The notes under the pieces are model-generated. The model made no database searches, was not told where the DNA came from, and saw nothing but the letters and a program-made list of their open reading frames with translations. Source: Octopus bimaculoides (lineage: Eukaryota). Taken from it: 64,000 nucleotides of DNA. The stretch spans positions 3,872,410 to 3,936,409 of the forward strand of contig NC_068992.1 in NCBI RefSeq assembly GCF_001194135.2. The letters run 5' to 3'. Positions 38,407 through 52,137 of the stretch are shown piece after piece. The position numbers and the translations under genes are program-made. Position 1 is the first letter of the stretch. Every line of letters begins with the position of its first letter.

Positions 38407-38515
38407 TCATATATACGTATATACGTACGCACATACATACATCCGTACATACATACATTCATGCATACGTATATACATAGATACGTACATGCATTCATCC
38501 ATCCATCCATCCATC

Positions 38516-38547
<32 letters not shown>

Positions 38548-38692
38548 CATATCTGCATACGTGCATGCACACGCGCAGACACACTTATACATACATATGC
38601 GCACCCACACTGTCATATATATATATATACATACATGTAAATGTACATCCACATTTACATACACACACTGAGGTATGCATATAAATAAATAA

Positions 38693-38741
<49 letters not shown>

Positions 38742-38906
38742 TGTATGTATATGTGTGTGTGTATGTGCCTGTGTGAGTGTACTGACGTATATATACTATG
38801 CATATAAACATACATGTAAGCACACACACACGCATGCAGCACACATACGTACATACGTATGTATGCATGCATCTATCTATCTATCCTACCCTATCCTATC
38901 TCTCTC

Positions 38907-38951
<45 letters not shown>

Positions 38952-39512
38952 ATAATGACTGTATGTGTATGTGTATGTATGCATATGTGTGTGTGTGCAT
39001 ATGTTAGACGCAAACATGGGGTTGTGTTGAGAAATTCTCTCTACAACCATGTGATTTTGTTATTCAACTGAGCTGACCTTGGACAGATATTTCTTGTTTA
39101 GGCTCCTGTTGAATTTTTCATTGTCAATGAATTAGGTGAACGGAAACTGCGCAGAAGACCGCCTAGCATAAGCGCACGCGTGCGCGCGTGTGTGTATTTG
39201 TGTATGTATGTGTGTGTTTGCATGTATGTGTGTATTTATCTATAAGTGTATATAAATGTATGTCTGTGTATGGATTATATATGTACATATATACACATAT
39301 GAGTGTAAATAACTTGTGTATGTGTGTATAAGTGCGTGCGTGAATTTCTATTTGTGTCTCACCGCCTGACAACCGGTGTCAGTTTCTTTACGTCCCTTTA
39401 ACTTATGCAAAGAAAGATAGATTACCAGTTACAAAATTGTGTTCGACTAAAACTTTCACACACACGTACACACGCACATACACACATACGTATGTATGTG
39501 TGTATGTGTGTG

Positions 39513-39544
<32 letters not shown>

Positions 39545-39829
39545 TATATGTATGTATCCCTGTATGTGTTATGCATGCACGTATGTGTGTATGTATGTAT
39601 CCATGTATATTCATGTGTATGCATTAGTGTGTGCATATGTGCATGTACATACGGATGATCGTATGCCTGTCTGTGTGTATGTAAGTACGTATGTACATAT
39701 GTATGCATATATGTTTATATGTGTATATTTGTGCATGTATGTGCTTAAGTATGCACGTATGTATGTCTGTATGTACGTAAGTACGTACATACGAATGTAT
39801 GTATGTATGTACGTACGTACGTACGTATG

Positions 39830-39860
<31 letters not shown>

Positions 39861-40094
39861 TTATGTATGTATGTTTGTTCGTATGCATATGTCCTCTGAC
39901 TGCGGATCTGACTCACTATATCGACTGCAATAATTCGTCTCAGGCTTAATTTGTTAATCACCATCGGTATACAAGTCCGCCCAAGGAAGGTAACCGATGG
40001 GCGAAAGACCAGAGAATATTTTGATGCCACTCCCAACCTTATCGTCCATCTCATCACAGGTATACATGGAAAAATATATCCACAGACACATGCA

Positions 40095-40340
40095 AAATCG
40101 ACCTCGGCGGAATTTGAGCTCAGAACGCAAGGACGAACGATATGCTGCTGAGCATTTTGTCCGGAATGCCAACGATTCTTTTCAACTCTAGGCACAAGAC
40201 CGAAAATTTTTGGTGAGGGGGCTAGTCGATTAGATCGACCTCAGTGCGCAACTGGTACTTAGTTAATCGACCTCAGAAGGATGAAAGGCTAGGTTGACCA
40301 CGCCGCAATTTGAACTCAGAACACAAAGACAGACAAAATA
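40095..40340 (-). mobile_element. SINE family C, head-to-tail dimer
   Basis: Reverse strand shows tail cttgtgcctagagttgaaaa joined directly to gaatcgttggc of a second unit (junction ~40175-40180). Confidence 0.8.
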
Positions 40341-41400
40341 CGGTTCATTGATGAAACCATTTTTTGTCTGGGAAGGATCACAGGGTAGTTTAATCGACTT
40401 CTTGCATTTCGTGACCGTTATGCTAAAAACTATGGCTTTAAGTCCAACATAAAATTTACGTTTTGTTTTTCAAAAACTTGCGTTGAATTTTTGGACAAAA
40501 AAGTTAAGATTTCTGGGGGCAGAATAGTGACAGAGTTAGTTTGCAAGTCCACGTCATCCCACATTTACCTCCACCAACGCTCCGTACACTATTATGTCAA
40601 ACACGATTATAGTGAATCACGATTAAAGGAAATAGGAAATCAGATAGCTTAGATTAGCAAAGAAAGTTAAACCTTCACGCATAATCTTATCAGACACAAT
40701 ACAATATGTGACAGAATTCCTTTAGTGATTAACTGGCACTGAAATTTCGCTGGCATTTCAAGTGTTGCATGAAAGTTACCAGCATGTTGCTGAAAATTAT
40801 CCTCGTTTCAAATAGATATTTCCTCAGCCGCCTATTGTAGCCTTTAGACGGAATAAAAATATAAGACTATTGACCTCCGTTTCTGACTCCAAGAAAATTA
40901 ACATTGGAGTATCTGCACGCTGTACCTTGAAAAATAGCCGCAAGGTAGGTAAGTCCTGTTTATTGTGCAACAAGATGAGTTAAGTGAATTCCATCAGGAA
41001 TCATTACAGAAATGCTATGATTTATACAGAAGGTGGGACATGTAGAGATTCCTATTTGGTGTACGTGACAGAATGCACGAAACACGGCTTGATTTATGTT
41101 GATTTTAAACAAAAGATTTAATGGGCACAGATATGACGTCAGGCTGAACGGATGAAAGGCAAAGTCGACCCCGGCGGAATTTGAACTCCTCAGAACAATA
41201 ACAGCAGTTCGACAGAACTTGCCGAACCTTTTCCTTCAAACGGCTACAACTCTGAAAAAAACTTGGAAGTGCATATTCTCAAAAAATATTCTGAATCTGC
41301 TATACTTTCAATACTCAAAACGCATGACGAGAAATATGTTTGCGGGTTATTAATATCACAGCCTGGAGGAATGAATAAAACGACAGGAGAATTTAAGGAA
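40341..41400 (+). pseudogene. Penelope-like element (RT C-terminus + GIY-YIG endonuclease), interrupted by a SINE C fragment at 41147-41196
   Basis: RFIDE..FVW (RT motif 5), FLDKKV, HIYLHQRS, RIPLVINWH, IFPQPPIVAFRRNKNIR, CLLC, GGTCRDSYLVYVTECTKHGLIYV, RFNGHRYD; after the SINE: LAEPF..LEVHIL..EKYVCGL..QPGGMN. Confidence 0.85.
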
Positions 41401-42697
41401 ACTGTTTGATTAAATATTCTTTTTACTTTTCTTTTTTACTTTTTTTTTTTGTGTCTTTTTCTTTTCGCCAGTTATAAAATTATTATTGTTGTTGGCAATT
41501 ATTTATTATTGTTTGATGGCATGCACTGCTCTCTCACTCAATAATAATAATAATAATGATAAACTTTTCTACTGAAGGCATAAGGCCTGAAATTTGTGGG
41601 GTAAGGACTGGTCGATTACATTGACCACGGTGTTTCACTGGTACTTAATTTATCGATCGCGAAAGGATGAAAGGCAAAGTCATCCTCGGTGGAATTTGAA
41701 CTCAGTACGAGCGACACGCGAAATACACTTAACCATTTCATCCAGCGTGCTAACGATTCTGCCAGCTTGCCGCCTGTGATGACGATGACGATGATGACGA
41801 CGACAACGACGATGATGATGGTGATGACGGTGACGTTAATGACAGCAATATCTGCTAACATAAGCACACAGACACGGGATTATAAGAAGGCGACACTCGA
41901 CTCCAGTATTTGTTTGTATCCTCCCTAAATGCTTCAGAGACAACGTCATCCTAGGATAGATTTGAATGCAGAATGCGAAGAATTTTTTCCAATGTTCTGT
42001 TGATTATGCCTTCCATTGCACATATATTATCAAATTCTTCGACGATTTCTGCAGAGACCGTTGCCTGATTTCGGTTTAGAAATGCGTCAATAACACCTTG
42101 GGCATAAGTAAAAGAATACTAAATTAAGTAAACTAACACTTAACCAAAATATAAGAAACAGAGATAAGAGAATTAGAACAAGGACGCATCGAGAAATATT
42201 TGACAAATAAAGAAGCTGACAACAGACTACAAAACGTGGCCACGTCGTTAAGAAGTTTGCTTTCCAAGCATGAGGTATTGGGTTCGGTCGCATCGCGTGG
42301 CGCTCTAGGCGAACCAAATAACTTTTGAAATAGCCCCGGACCTACCAAAGTTTTGTGAGTACATTCAAACCTGCAAAGAAGCCCATCCTATATATATTAT
42401 ATGTATATATACAAATATTCTATAATCATATAGATAATTATAGTCAGAGGTCAGTTAATTGCATCGCCACGTACTGCATTAGAAATAAGAGCTAAATACC
42501 TTTTCTACTACCATAAAGATCTCCGAGATAGAAACACTTCTGTTTTTAAAGTAGGCCTAAGTAAAAAAGTGTGTTACTGTCTGGGAGATCTTTATGGTAG
42601 TATATATATATATATATATCTATATATATATATATAATTATTATTATTATTATTAAAATATATACATATATATACAGAAGGAGAGAGAGAGAAAGCA

Positions 42698-43178
42698 AAA
42701 ACGTGGCCCCTGTCGAAGGCCCCGGCAAAGTTGATCGATGGTTTCGATAGCAGAACCTTGAGAATCATTGAGAGCATCAAATGGCACCATGACGTTTGCA
42801 ACAATGAACTGCATGCGCAGACGCATCAGAGCACAGATTTCCACCTCATAGCTATTTGTCGATTGCGCTGGTACGGTCATGTTCTTTGTCTCTCGCTAGA
42901 TCATCCTTCAAGAGCTTTACCCTCATTCGATGTAGCAGCTGCGAGTTGAAAGAGACCTCATGGTAGGATCCCACTCAAGATGGATGGACGTGATTAAAGA
43001 AGATCTCCAGAACTTCGACGTCACCTCGGAGGATACAGAGGGGTTGGCACGGGAGCGCCAGCGATAGAAAGCACTGGTGAACCTGGTCGGCTCAAAGCAT
43101 GATCACGGCCCTATGACCCCTAACCTGAGATACCCAGAACCCCATCAAGCAAGCAAGTGAGCGAGCAAGCAAGCAAGC
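42698..43178 (+). mobile_element. RTE-clade LINE 3' fragment with (CAAG)n tail
   Basis: TWPLSK..IDGFDSRTLRII, RLRWYGHVL, KRPHGR..RWMDVIKEDL, then caagcaagcaag repeats. Confidence 0.9.
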
Positions 43179-43673
43179 ATACATTTCCTTGTCTGCCCTA
43201 ATTTCGTTATCTCTGTTTAGTATTAATTTATTTAATTTAGAATTAGTAAACTTCTATTCAAGGTGTTCTTGATGCAATTTTTAAAACTGTATTCATGCAA
43301 ATTTCTTGATAGGATTCGTGCCTGATAAGATATGTACTCGTCATATGCTGGGTTAAATGACGGGGAAAAAATTGGGCAATTAGAGGCATAGCCGACAGAA
43401 CACCGTGTATTTTCAGGCAATCATTGCCTGAAAATATACGGCATCCTATACAGTCTTGTCCAACCATTGTATATTCAGAGGTATGGAGCTAGTAATAGCA
43501 CACATTTAAATATATATATATGTATATATATTTGGGTGTGAATGGTTTCGTAAAGCTGTGTCGAGCTTTACAATTCTGTAATTAATGCGAATAGAATTTT
43601 TTTTATAAGCTTCTTATCGCGTGCAAATAATGGGGCATATAAGCGCTCGACAGAAAAAAGTAGTAGGATTTCC

Positions 43674-43746
43674 TGTATGCGTGGGACTCGAACCCACATC
43701 CCTTTGTTAAAGCGGCTAAGTATGTTACCGATTACACCAGCGAACT
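43674..43746 (-). pseudogene. tRNA-like sequence (pseudo-tRNA or Pol III head of a distinct repeat)
   Basis: AGTTCGC TG GTGT AATCGGTA ACAT A CTTAG CCGCTTTAA CAAAG GGAT GTGGG TTCGAGT CCCAC GCATACA: full D and T arms and A/B boxes, but acceptor stem only 4/7 and a 9-nt anticodon loop. Confidence 0.7.
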
Positions 43747-44603
43747 AACCTGCTCCTTTCTGTCAAATTTAAGAAGCATATTATTTTGTAGTTGTTTTTG
43801 AAAACAAACTTTATGTGCTTTCAGTGCAAATGACAACACAAGGGTTGGCATTTGTAAATTATGCTTAACGGAATCGCTAATCATACTTCTCCACCACAAC
43901 CCCTCATTACTTAATAGATTCTCAGATGTAATACTGTCTTGTAAACACAGGTTCTACTCATCATTTGTCCATTTCATTAAATCTATGTAATACCATAACT
44001 ATAATTATCCTTAATTAGCCCTTGGGCTAATTCAGAAACTCATACTATATTAAGTATACTGTCCATAATACATACATGTACACACACGCGCGCGCACACA
44101 CACACGTGTGTGTGTGAGAGTGTAAGTGCCTGTGTACATGCAAGTGTTATGCGTGTGCCAAGATTGTATGCCTGAACTGATTATTATTCATAGAATTCGA
44201 CTAGTATTTAACCTAACCGAAATCGATATGATGAAAAGCTGTCTGTCTATTAATGAAGAGTTGTAATGTCGGAGGAAAATAAATACTGCGACATATAGGC
44301 CGGTGCCATTGGGTCAGACCATAAACGAGCATAAGCGGTCAATCATTAAAATATAGCTTTGGTGTCCGAGCAATAAATCATTCTGATGTTAAGAACAATA
44401 ACTGAGCCAAGTGAAAGAATCATCGTTTGTTCGGTTTCCTGGACTCTTTCGTTTCTAAATCGTCATCATAGCGAAGAGACTGTTTGCAGACTGTTTCGAA
44501 ATCTCCTTTTATCGTTATTTGATTGTTAATAAACGTAACGAACTTTATGGGAAATATGAGGTTCTTCAGACTTCGTATTTCCATCAATTGATATTCATAT
44601 ACG

Positions 44604-44646
<43 letters not shown>

Positions 44647-45014
44647 NNNNNNNNNNNNNNNNNNNNNNNNNNNNNNNNNNNNNNNNNNNNNNNNNNNNNN
44701 NNNNNNNNNNNNNNNNNNNNNNNNNNNNNNNNNNNNNNNNNNNNNNNNNNNNNNNNNNNNNNNNNNNNNNNNNNNNNNNNNNNNNNNNNNNNNNNNNNNN
44801 NNNNNNNNNNNNNNNNNNNNNNNNNNNNNNNNNNNNNNNNNNNNNNNNNNNNNNNNNNNNNNNNNNNNNNNNNNNNNNNNNNNNNNNNNNNNNNNNNNNN
44901 NNNNNNNNNNNNNNNNNNNNNNNNNNNNNNNNNNNNNNNNNNNNNNNNNNNNNNNNNNNNNNNNNNNNNNNNNNNNNNNNNNNNNNNNNNNNNNNNNNNN
45001 NNNNNNNNNNNNNN

Positions 45015-45053
<39 letters not shown>

Positions 45054-45969
45054 GTATATATATATTTATATATTTTTTTTATAGTTTCAGCTTAGAGCAT
45101 GCACATACATATATATATATGTATGTGTGTGTATCTTTCTGTTTGTGTCTTCCCACCTCCACCACCACCATTTGCCAACCGGTGCTGTTCTTTATGTACC
45201 CCGTAACTTGACGGTTCGACGAAAAGAATCCGATACAATAAGTACGAAGCTTTCATAAATAACTACTGGTGGTCGATTTCTTCGACTAAAATTCTCAAGG
45301 CGTTGCCCCAGCATGGACGTAGTTTAATGATAGAAACAAGTAAAAGATAAATATACAACATACAAACAAACAAAAAAATGGTTCTCTGTTGAATATATTT
45401 ATTATAAAAGAATCCATGTTGTTATTTCCTAGCATTCACGTTTCTGGTCTTATGTCCTCCTAATACTGTTCTTTCTTATTAAGTCCAGTCAAAAATTATT
45501 CGAGTATTCTTCATTGTAATATTCCTGCCAACTCATATTCATCCATTACTCCTTCCTTCTTCTCCCGCTAATTTTATTCAACCTATTCTCAATATCATCT
45601 CCTTCATCGTGTGTTGAACATCACACTAAATTTTATCTTATCACAAAAATCTGTATTCATAGTCGTATCAGCATGTCATATCTTGTAATTCGAGGCCGGT
45701 TTTATAGCGTTAAAAAAGACAAGGAAACTGAAAAGAAAACAACAAGAAAAAAATATAACAAAAGAAAACTAGCACCTATAACTAAACCTCAATGACGTCA
45801 ATATCCAAAATCACGTGATATTGGTTTTCTAAAATTTTTTATTTAGCATGCTTGTTCTGTAGCGTTGCTACTTTTCTCAATGCTTTGGATAATAACCTGT
45901 AATATCATATTACAAGTCATAAGAAAATGAAAATGTTACATTCATGTTAACATTCTGTCTTGGCTCAGC

Positions 45970-46025
<56 letters not shown>

Positions 46026-46368
46026 CATTATTAAGACAGCGAGCTGGAGGACAAAGTGCTTTGCGACATTTTCGTACCTCTTTACGTTCTGAGTTCAAAA
46101 TCCGCCGAGGTCCGCTTTGCCTCTCATTCTTGCGGAAGCTTATAAAACAAGAACCGGTTGAGCACTTGGATCGATGTAACTGACCAGCATCGCTGCCCAC
46201 AACTTCAGGTCTTTTGCCTAAAATAGAAACGATTATTCATTGACATCATCACCATTATTACATGCTGCTATCATGAATATCCTCCTCCTTCTCTGCCGCC
46301 GCCGCCATCCTCATCCTCATCTTCATCCTCATCCTCTTCCTCCTCCTTATTGTTTTTATCATTATTGA

Positions 46369-46660
46369 GTGAGAGAGCAGCGTATGTCACCAAAGTGACT
46401 GCGCGGGTATAATTATGCAAAGCCCAGTATGCCCATCATGACTATCCGTTCGATAAGGGTACATCAAGTACATGCATCACAGCATTATGCATGCGACATG
46501 GTGATCTCATATCAAGATAAACAGTGCATGACCTTGCAGGTGAGACCCAGTGAGAATTTTCTTCAGGACCAGTCGCCCATCCAGCTCAAAATGTCCCTGA
46601 ATAAGAGTTATTTAAGGATGATGAACGAAACACACATGTTACCAGAGGTGAATTATTCAA
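46369..46660. mobile_element. Repeat family E, longer copy
   Basis: Shares the core with 22160-22250; GC-richer than its flanks. Confidence 0.75.
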
Positions 46661-47182
46661 ATTACAATATAGAATTATTCAGATTACAATATAGAATGAT
46701 GATGAACTAGAACTTCGGACCCTGCCACAAGAATACGTGGAGTTCTTTACTAACCAAGCGACATTGTCAACCTGGTGTACTAACAGAGGCTTATAAAGTA
46801 TTGATAATCCCTCACTAATAAATCTGTTATATATATATATATATNNNNNNNNNNNNNNNNNNNNNNNNNNNNNNNNNNNNNNNNNNNNNNNNNNNNNNNN
46901 NNNNNNNNNNNNNNNNNNNNNNNNNNNNNNNNNNNNNNNNNNNNNNNNNNNNNNNNNNNNNNNNNNNNNNNNNNNNNNNNNNNNNNNNNNNNNNNNNNNN
47001 NNNNNNNNNNNNNNNNNNNNNNNNNNNNNNNNNNNNNNNNNNNNNNNNNNNNNNNNNNNNNNNNNNNNNNNNNNNNNNNNNNNNNNNNNNNNNNNNNNNN
47101 NNNNNNNNNNNNNNNNNNNNNNNNNNNNNNNNNNNNNNNNNNNNNNNNNNNNNNNNNNNNNNNNNNNNNNNNNNNNNNNNNN

Positions 47183-47218
<36 letters not shown>

Positions 47219-47680
47219 GAGAGAGAGAGAGAGAGAGTTAAATACACTGGTTGCAAAATATTAAAAATCAGCGATAAAGTAAAAGAAAAAATGGAGTAAA
47301 AGATTCTTCAGTTCTTCTTCGAAATCTGCTACGTGATAATGTAAGCATAGTATTCGCAGGAACCAAGAAATAACGACATAAAAAAAAAAGAAAATCAAAC
47401 TATATAGAACAAAAAAAAAAGAGAAAAGGAAAAAAGAAAAGAAAAATGAAAACAAGACAGCAGAGAAACAAGAAAAATGGAGAACGAGAAAGGAGAAAAA
47501 ATGAACACAGATACAGAAAAAGAAAAAGATAAAAAAACCAAGAATGAGATTAATTTACAAGAAAAAGAAAGTGTCATTGTATGAAAACTGCAAAGCAAAC
47601 CTCAGCTCTCAGCAAGTAACCGACGAACGAAAGAAAGAAAGAGAGAGAGAGAGAGAGGGAGAGAGAGAGANNNNNNNNNN

Positions 47681-47740
<60 letters not shown>

Positions 47741-48042
47741 AGAAAAACAAAAGCCATTACAGTAAAAATTAAGAAAGCAGTAAGTATAAAGAATGCAGAA
47801 ATAAAGTATAAAGTAATTAACAATGAAGCTTCTGACATTGGTTACAATGTTTAGGTTAGGATAATCACTGTGGAGCAAGGCTGGGTATATCTGCGTCTGT
47901 CCCAGTAACCCGGGTAACTAGATTATTACACGAGCATTCCAGTGAAGGGCGTCATTTTCTCATGGCTAAATATGCAAACGTAGGAAACTCACTCTCTATC
48001 GTCACTCTCTCTTCCACCCTCACCATCACGCTTCTAACACAC

Positions 48043-48073
<31 letters not shown>

Positions 48074-48204
48074 GTGTGTACATACATGCATACATACATA
48101 TATACATACACATATATATCTATATATACATACATACACACACATATATATATCTATATCTTATACATAAAGACGGTTTACAGCAATACTACACACACGC
48201 ACAC

Positions 48205-48246
<42 letters not shown>

Positions 48247-50571
48247 NNNNNNNNNNNNNNNNNNNNNNNNNNNNNNNNNNNNNNNNNNNNNNNNNNNNNN
48301 NNNNNNNNNNNNNNNNNNNNNNNNNNNNNNNNNNNNNNNNNNNNNNNNNNNNNNNNNNNNNNNNNNNNNNNNNNNNNNNNNNNNNNNNNNNNNNNNNNNN
48401 NNNNNNNNNNNNNNNNNNNNNNNNNNNNNNNNNNNNNNNNNNNNNNNNNNNNNNNNNNNNNNNNNNNNNNNNNNNNNNNNNNNNNNNNNNNNNNNNNNNN
48501 NNNNNNNNNNNNNNNNNNNNNNNNNNNNNNNNNNNNNNNNNNNNNNNNNNNNNNNNNNNNNNNNNNNNNNNNNNNNNNNNNNNNNNNNNNNNNNNNNNNN
48601 NNNNNNNNNNNNNNNNNNNNNNNNNNNNNNNNNNNNNNNNNNNNNNNNNNNNNNNNNNNNNNNNNNNNNNNNNNNNNNNNNNNNNNNNNNNNNNNNNNNN
48701 NNNNNNNNNNNNNNNNNNNNNNNNNNNNNNNNNNNNNNNNNNNNNNNNNNNNNNNNNNNNNNNNNNNNNNNNNNNNNNNNNNNNNNNNNNNNNNNNNNNN
48801 NNNNNNNNNNNNNNNNNNNNNNNNNNNNNNNNNNNNNNNNNNNNNNNNNNNNNNNNNNNNNNNNNNNNNNNNNNNNNNNNNNNNNNNNNNNNNNNNNNNN
48901 NNNNNNNNNNNNNNNNNNNNNNNNNNNNNNNNNNNNNNNNNNNNNNNNNNNNNNNNNNNNNNNNNNNNNNNNNNNNNNNNNNNNNNNNNNNNNNNNNNNN
49001 NNNNNNNNNNNNNNNNNNNNNNNNNNNNNNNNNNNNNNNNNNNNNNNNNNNNNNNNNNNNNNNNNNNNNNNNNNNNNNNNNNNCACACACACACACACAC
49101 ACACGCCCACACACACACACACACATACACAGATGCACACATATGTACGAGCGTGGGCTGCAAAGTTTATTAGCTTATTAAAAACTGCATTGTTTCTTCG
49201 TCTGTCTACGTTCTGAGTTCAAATCCCGCCGACCTCGACTTTGCCTTTCATCCATTCGGGGTCGATGAATTAAGTACCAGTTACGTACTGGGTCGATCTA
49301 ATCGACTGGACCCCCTCCTCCAAAATTTCGAGCCCTGTGCCTAGAGTAGAAAAGATTAATAACTGCATTGTTTCTTACCGGGTAAAGTGACAACTCGCTG
49401 ACTGCTCAAATAATTACTTCAAAAGTAACCAGTCGCAGTTTTTCTTGAAAATAGACAGAATATATGCATGCTTGTATGCATGTATTAAGAAGTTGGAGGA
49501 ACGGGGAAATGATATTCTACCATTGCCACGTTATTCCCAATAACTCTCTTGAATTGATTGTCATTTCATGAAGCATCAGGACACATTCTTACATAAACGA
49601 TTTCCAAAACCAATAAGCAGCTGAAAAAGTTTTCACGCATTCATCGCTTCGAGGCTTTAGAATTTTATGCTGTGAAAATAAATGTACTTGTTTCCTATTG
49701 CCAAAAATATGCTGAATCTCATGATTATGTTATGTTCTGAGTTGAGATATATTGCTTAAAATAGATGGTTAGAATCCACAATTATTTTTTCACCAGCATG
49801 ATGGAGTACATACGCACCACGTTCCCGCACGCACGCGTATATGTATACGCATGCGTAATATATATCATATAAACATATATATATATCGGATGATACAGAG
49901 ATGTAAATGTGTGTGGGCGGAGTGTATCATATATGTTCAATATATCCGATTAAAAGTGCACCTTTGTGATTCTCGAATTCTTTTTCAAATGAAATGCATA
50001 AAAATCTGAGTTGAAATCAAAAGTTCGTGTCATAATTTAATTACTAGAGGCATGTGATATTTTTGAAATTAGAAATATTTCCGTTCTTATTTCATTGATT
50101 GATTTTCCGATAGAAACCTATTTAGCATCCACCTTTTGTAAACCTGCCTTTCTGCAGAAGAAGGAAGTATTGATCGCAGTGAAACAATTCATAGTGTGAC
50201 TGATGTATTGTTTTATAAAGAATGATTGACAAAAAAGTAAAAAGAAAAAGAAAATAAGGAAAATGAAATTAATACAAGTAAAATATTTCTTTACAATTAG
50301 TGTCATCTGATGCAATGGTCACATGACATATAGAATAGAAGAAACGCAATGTTTTATTTCTTGCGTTTTTATAGTAATATCCAAGTTGCAACGAGATTGT
50401 AGTCGAAGTAAAGTGGGACAAATTTTGGTGAGTAAAAAGCAGAAGGGAGGTACTAGCTTTGTTCAATTCTCGTTTATTTTCGTAAAGGCTTTGTCAGAAA
50501 ATTGACATCATCCATGTGTCATTTCAGAGCCTTCAGGGTCTCTGTAAATACAATAGAGAGTAAATTATATT

Positions 50572-50783
50572 GGTTTCAAATTTTAGTACAAAGACAAATG
50601 TTGGATAAGGGGTTAAATGTGTTATATGAACCTCAGTGATCCACTGGTACTTATTTCATCAACCTCGAAAGGATGAAAGCAAAGTCGATTTCGGCGGGAT
50701 TTGAACTCAGAGCATAAAGACGGACGAAATGCCGCTAAGTATTGTGTCCGGCGTGCTAACCATTCTGCCATCTTGCCGCCATA
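50572..50783 (-). mobile_element. SINE family C with 17-bp target-site duplication
   Basis: agagagtaaattatatt at 50555-50571 and 50784-50800. Confidence 0.9.
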
Positions 50784-50806
50784 AGAGAGTAAATTATATT
50801 AAAAGT

Positions 50807-51025
50807 GAAGGCGGCAGCAAGCTGGCAGAGTGGTTAGCGCGCCGGGCGAAATGTTTGGCGGTACTTTACCCGTTGCTACGTCCTGAGTTCAAATTCCGCC
50901 GAGGTCGACTTTGCCTTTCATCCTTTCGGGGTCGATAAATTAAATACCAGTTACGTACTGGGGTCGATCTAATCGACTGGCCCCCTCCCCCAAAATTTCG
51001 GGCCTTGTGTCTAGAGTAGAAAAGA
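50807..51025 (+). mobile_element. SINE family C, full length, inverted to its neighbour
   Basis: gaaggcggcagcaagctggcagagtggttagc..gagttcaaattcc..gtagaaaagaatt. Confidence 0.9.
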
Positions 51026-52095
51026 ATTACTAGAAGCCTATTAGAACCGTTAAAAGTGTCTTGGCCAAGGATACAGCTCATTTCTGGTGACAGCAAGCTA
51101 ACTTCCGACACTTACTGGTAGCATTAATGTCCTACCAATACAATTTTCTACATCATTAATGTCATTGGAGAATGCGTTAATGTTACTATATCACATACAC
51201 ACTGAATCTAGCGAAAGGTTAAATCTAAAGAAATACGTTTTTTTTTTGTTTAATAAAAAATGTATCATTACACATATAATTCCAGAGGTGTGTAAATACG
51301 TTCGTATAAGCGTCTGAACATATCTAAACAAATAATCTTGAAGAATGTATACGCACGGGTATTTCTGAGTGCAACCAATTGCGATGAATAATTAGACGCA
51401 TCTCCTGAGAGATTCAATTGATGATTTATATTTTGGAAACTAGTGAGGTGTGGACTGAAATATAACAAGGATGGTGTCATACACAGTCTTCCTCAGGAAA
51501 TAAATGGAAGTAAAAAATATATATATAAAACTTTGAAATAAAAACACCAACGAACTTCGACAACAATCGTGCTCATATGAATGAGCATGTTGATATCTTT
51601 GGAGATGACAATCTATTCACATTCATGAGATATGAATTGGAAACTCTAAAGTATGAAGATATGAATTTCTGATATCGAAAAATGTTGAGGATTAAATTAT
51701 AAATGCGACATACTTTGATAGCAATCTCTCATTGCTTGTATAAACTCTCTGATTGCTTGATTAGATAATGGTTTCCAACACAACAGTTCAAATATATTGG
51801 TTCTTAAGACATGAAAGTATATTTACGAATGAAACTTCAGTATAAGTACGGATACACACAAACACACGCACGCACACACACACATACACACATACGTGCA
51901 TACACACGCGCAAACACACACACACGCACGCACTCACACACATAAATACATGCATACACACACACACACACACGAACGCACGCACACACATACACACATA
52001 TACATGCATACACACGAGCAAAAAAACACACACACACACGCACGCACGCACACACATACACACAGATAATGCATACACACATACGCACACACACA

Positions 52096-52137
<42 letters not shown>

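Noticed and set aside
45420-45720. Possible RTE remnant on the minus strand
   Set aside because: Only scattered residues match; not enough to call.
46650-46693. 22-bp tandem duplication at the end of repeat E
   Set aside because: Ordinary local slippage; no further structure.
47860-47925. Helitron-like 3' end (gcaaggctgggtatatctgc; gtaacccgggtaac-tag)
   Set aside because: Too degenerate; no 5' TC end or second copy in the window.
47962-49216. ORFs of 200-500 aa here and around other gaps
   Set aside because: Length comes from N runs read as X.
51560-51700. IFGDDNLFTF as an RT motif
   Set aside because: No neighbouring RT motifs in the right order.
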